A stretch of 62,657 bases of DNA, the filler included. It is 12 parts of 12 records of this genome, joined end to end, with 100 filler letters (N's around TTAATTAATTAA, not from the genome) between each part and the next. Parts side by side here need not be neighbours in the genome. Positions count along the whole stretch, not along the records: positions 55,401 to 59,503 come from SRR7504441_16438; positions 59,604 to 62,657 come from SRR7504441_16442; 10 more parts are not named here. One strand, written 5' to 3'. Positions within the stretch are counted from its first letter, which is position 1. Each line of letters opens with the position of its first letter. The notes under the pieces are model-generated. The model saw only the letters and a program-made list of their open reading frames with translations. It was not told the DNA's origin and did not search any database. Both the position numbers and the translations under genes were made by a program. Positions 58,528 to 62,657 of this stretch are shown here, one piece after another.

Positions 58528-58576
58528 CTGATCGGCTCGCGTCAGCACCAGCGCCAACGGTCGTCCTGCTAGCGGC

Positions 58577-59262
58577 CTATTCCTCGAGATCCTTGAGCAT
58601 TTGCTCCACCAAGGTCGGCTCCGGGTTGTCGTCACCAGCAGGGTCACCCTCCGGCTCCGGCACGTGCAGGGCCTTGACCACACCGTCGTCCACCAGCATC
58701 GAGAACCGCTTGGACCGATCGCCCCCGAGCTTGGCCCGCGGACCCGGGTCACTCATGCGCATCCCTGTCCGGCCTGGGCTGGCCAGCCTCTCAAATGGGG
58801 CACCGAGCGCGTCGGTAAGCTCTCCAAACGGATCCGCCACGAAGTTGATGATCGAGCCCTCCTTGTCAGCGCCCACGCCCTGGTCCTTAGCCCAGGCCTT
58901 CATCACGGCGCCTGCCCGGGAGCTGCGGCCGGCCCCGCCTGGTTCGGCACCGTCGTTGATGCAGCTGACCAGCACCTCATCGATCCCCTTAGCCTTGAGC
59001 GCGTCTGCCGCCGCAAGGTACCCGGGGACCTGCTTTGTGGATCAGGTGGGCGTGAACGCGCCCGGCAGCCCGAGCAGCACCGCCTTCTGTAGGCAAGGGC
59101 TCAGCACGGCCGTGGGCTACATCGGTTTGCCTTGCCCTTGAGCCGCTCCTTCAGGTCCACGTGCTCGGGGGGGAATCCAATGTGCACCGTCGCGCTGGGA
59201 ATAGTGGCGCCCACTTCGATCGCCGACCGGCAGAGCCGCTTCGGGGCGGGTTCCTCAGCCAT
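58577..59262 (-). CDS. Prx5-type peroxiredoxin selenoprotein (Sec TGA at 59042-59044); GC-AG intron 59087-59130 plus probable in-frame introns
   Basis: IEVGATIPS..KGK|KAVLLGLPGAFTPT*STKQVPGY..KGIDEV..IND|GAVMKAW..ADPFG..RSKRFSMLVDDGVV; SECIS downstream. Confidence 0.92.
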
Positions 59263-59759
59263 GGCTTCGTCTTGACCACCGAAGCCGAGCAAGTCCGTTG
59301 ACGTGGCTGAACGTTGGCGCCGTGAACGTCGACCACAATCATCCAGCGATCCAGGTGCATGCTCGCCCTGCCCGTTTCTCTTGCCCGCCCCTACCCTCCT
59401 GGCTCTTCTTGAACGCTCGACCAGCGGCCCAGTTCTGTTGCCCTATGCTCCGGGCTGCCGCCCAGATTCTCTGATCCCGCCCCCCCCCCCCCCCCCCCCC
59501 CCCNNNNNNNNNNNNNNNNNNNNNNNNNNNNNNNNNNNNNNNNNNNNTTAATTAATTAANNNNNNNNNNNNNNNNNNNNNNNNNNNNNNNNNNNNNNNNN
59601 NNNCCTATGTCATTACTGGTACTAGTGTACAATGAGTGAGCTCGACGAGTAAATAAGGCATACTCGTGAACGTTCAGCTCACAGTCATGATCAAATTTTG
59701 AAAGCCCCCAAGTGCCACAAATATGGGGCACAGATTTGTGTCGACCACGGTTTCCACTT

Positions 59760-62247
59760 TCAGGCAGTCCAGTGTCCTCCACCGTTGTCGAGCGCATACT
59801 CGAGTTTTTGTTTGAGAACTGCTTTAGAGCTGTACTTGGGCACTCTTAACAAATTGAGGCAGGTTGCAGCAGATGGCAAAGCTGCCTCATCGGCTCCAGC
59901 GCACACAATGCAGAACCGAGGCCGGAGTGCCTCGAATCCAGAGACAGATATTTTACTCTGGCCAGTGACAAACCTGAGCAGTGCCCCAGGGCGGACTTCC
60001 CGTGTGGCCACTAGCTCCCACAGCCAGCGGACCAGTTTTGACTCGGCTGAGTACCCACCCTCGTATTCGGTATACTTCTGCCATGCTTCAAGCATCTTGG
60101 CAAACCGATCGGGATTGAGCTCATCCAACCCAGCGCCAGCCAACTCGCCACGGATCTCAGCAGCAGAGAAGAGCTGCAGAGAAGCCTCTGACAGCACATC
60201 GAGCATTCCCTGGCGGAAGGCTGCAGCCTGTTCGGTGACTGAAGCTGAAAGCTTGTAATCGACCAGAGCGCGCACCCACTCCTCCTTATTCTCATCGGTC
60301 ACATCAATCTGCGAGCCATTCGGGATCAAGTCTACAACAGTGTTGTTCCCCTCAGTCGACGCCTCTAGCGTACAGCTGAATGTAGGCTCCACCCCAAGCT
60401 CGCTGATTGGCCTGCCCCCCCCCTTGAGGCCAGCAGCCAGGAGATGGCAGCTCACCTCTCAAGCAAAGTCTTCAGCGTTCTACCAAGTGGCGGATCCTCA
60501 ACCATGAGGTCTTCCAGCGTGCCGCCAGGCTCGTTCAGCACGGCCTTAAGAAAGTACTGCGCGTAAGCCTCAACCAGGTTCCCAGTGGCAAGCGCTAGAG
60601 CTGTGATCCTGCCACATGCCAGGTAGAGCTGGCGGAGTGCTGCCTGCGCCTCTTGCCAGGCCCGTGGCTTCTTGCCAGGCAACGCCAGCAGGGCGGTTGG
60701 ATCAGGCGCCAGCTCGTATCGGGCAACTAGGGTGACTGGATCCTCCGTGCGGATCATTTTGAATAGGCCTCGGCTAGGGTCGGCCATGGCTGTAGCAGCA
60801 ATTTCAAACATCTCCCGGGTGAGCCCACCCTCGTCAACCCCAGGCTCGCCCACAAATTTAATCTGCCCATCCTAGTCAGCACACCTAGTCTCACCCCGGA
60901 CATACCGCAAAGCCTCGACTCAGCTCACGACAGATGACAGGGTCCAGGATTGCTTGCACAAGGTCCTCAAACACATGATTCCGGCGTATCCGCAGCCAGC
61001 AAAGGTGCCGGCCGCACCTTCGGGACTCGCAAAAGACTCGGAGTACCCATCGGCGCACATCGATTGATGCTACTTGAGACAGGAGCCGCGCACGCGTCAC
61101 GTCGTTCTCGCCAACGGCCACACGCAGGGCTGTGCACACTTCGAGGGCCTCGCGTGGCAACGTGAGCAGGGCTACTACGTTGTATGAGCCCTCTCGCTCG
61201 GCGATATCAGCCGCAGTGAGCTCGGCTAAGTTGCGGGCAGCAATGTTGGCACCCACAGCCAGCAGGCGGCCAATCGCCTCGCTGTGTCCCCCGTAGGCTG
61301 CATACATAAGCGCCGTCCAACCGATGCTGTCCGCCACATCGACCGTGGCATGCGCCCCGAGCAGCCGATCTATCGCCTCCCCGTGCCCAGCCACCGCCGC
61401 ATGCATCAGCGCTGTGCATCCGTTCTTGTCTGCAAGGTCAGGCACCGCCCCAGCGTCGAGCAGTCTCTCAATGACCTCAGTCCTGCCCTCGTATGCAGCT
61501 CGCATCAGTGCCGTCCGCCCATCGTTGTTCTTCTGGTCCACCGCCGCCCCAGCGGCCAGGAGCCGTTCGATCACCTGGTGTCGACCCTCTCGCGCGGCCC
61601 AGGTCAACGGAGTGCAGTCGTTCTTGTCATGCCGGTCGACAGTGGCTCCCGCGGCTATCAGCGCCTCGATTGTATTGTGGTGTCCCCACTGCGCCGCCAA
61701 GGTCAGCGCAGTGCATCCGTTGGAGTCGGCGGCGTCCACGCGGGCCCTGCGTGAGACTAACCGCTCCACGCTGCACGTGTGCCCCCATTGAGACGCGCGC
61801 ATCAGGGGCGTCCGTCCTGTCAACAAGCGTGAGCCATCTGGCGGCTTGAGCCTGGCACCGGCATAGTCGGTGTGGTCCACTTTGGAGCCGGCATCTAGCA
61901 AGTGGACGACAACCTCCGAGTGGCCGCCCCAAGCCGCCAGCGTGAGGGGGGAGCAACTGCCCAAGACTCAGCCGGGCAAGCCCAAGAGATCGGGGCACCC
62001 GTTCTTATCGGTCACGCTGACGCAGGCCCCGCCCGAGATTAGATGGCACAGTTTGTCGATGTTGCCCTCCTCGGATGCCACCTGCCCCCCGCTCGGCCCG
62101 GCTGGCCCAACCCGGCACCAGCAGTTGTTGGGACGAGTCGTTGGCGGGCACAAGCGGCTTATGGGCCGTCGACCGCTTGTGCACCCCTCTAATCACTTTG
62201 GCACAATCGATGCGCGCCCGGCGCGGGTGGGAGACCACGACCGGCAT
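59760..62247 (-). CDS. Ankyrin-repeat HECT E3 ubiquitin ligase (HACE1-like architecture), multi-exon
   Basis: About 9 ankyrin repeats; LRIRRNHVFED, GEPGVDEGGLTREMF, LLRFVTG, and catalytic LPSAATCLNLL. Confidence 0.9.
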
Positions 62248-62657
62248 CCCCAAGCGGGTCGGGTGGATCGACCCCGGGCGCAAGCCGGCGAGGAGTCAAC
62301 TGGCGCTCAGGTGCACGGCCGCTCACTCGGGCCGGCCATTCTTGGGAGCGCGCTGCCCTCTCGACAGCTGCGTTTGGGCGCTGTCAGCTCTTGGGCCCCC
62401 AAGCAGTGGCGGCAAGCTGAGCTCCCCGCCAGAAATGGCAGCTGACCTCCAACGGATCAATAAGTGGTCGAGAGGCTCCCGGATTGACACACCAGCGCCC
62501 GCCTGCAGGAGTGCAGGCCGCCCCGACCGCCTCAACCTAGCCTCAACCGGGCCTCAACCCGCCGGTTGGTCCAGCTGCAGCCGGGATCGGGTGGTAGCTG
62601 CGGGCGGCCATCACGCTGGTGTACCGGCTGCAAGCTCCGTTCCGGCTGCGCTGGACA

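Noticed and set aside
59480-59503. Poly-C tract
   Set aside because: It sits at a contig end and is probably a sequencing or assembly artefact.
792-62010. Introner-type mobile introns
   Set aside because: Introns share length but I saw no shared internal sequence or terminal inverted repeats; an all-vs-all comparison genome-wide would be needed to exclude this fully.
62529-62560. gcctcaacc repeated three times with 11-bp period
   Set aside because: Too short and has no unique spacers; an ordinary minisatellite.
1-62657. Genome-wide TGA reassignment
   Set aside because: TGA terminates many clear genes (10229, 38184, 40963, 55189, 59760); read-through is seen only with a SECIS.

Overview
This is a GC-rich, very gene-dense eukaryotic assembly, most likely a marine protist MAG or SAG. 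Twelve short contigs are joined by artificial 100-nt linkers (N44-TTAATTAATTAA-N44), so neighbourhood across a linker means nothing. About 40 genes or gene fragments are visible, most split by short introns of roughly 35-50 nt with degenerate donors and an unusually high number of GC-AG introns. The ORF track therefore fragments most genes, and the exon structures below are my manual reconstructions. The strongest hidden signal is two selenoprotein genes missed by the ORF track: a single-domain rhodanese (ILY-U-RSGGRA) and a Prx5-type peroxiredoxin (AFTPT-U-S). Each has an in-frame TGA at the catalytic Cys position and a well-formed SECIS hairpin in its 3' UTR. Other notable items are divergent gene pairs with start codons only 15-95 bp apart, a LysM-containing multi-reader chromatin protein, a secreted NlpC/P60-like hydrolase, a pRiA4b-ORF3-like domain protein, a GH32 lacking its acid/base Glu, and a large novel-repeat plus WWE protein. 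All family calls come from motif recognition, not database searches.
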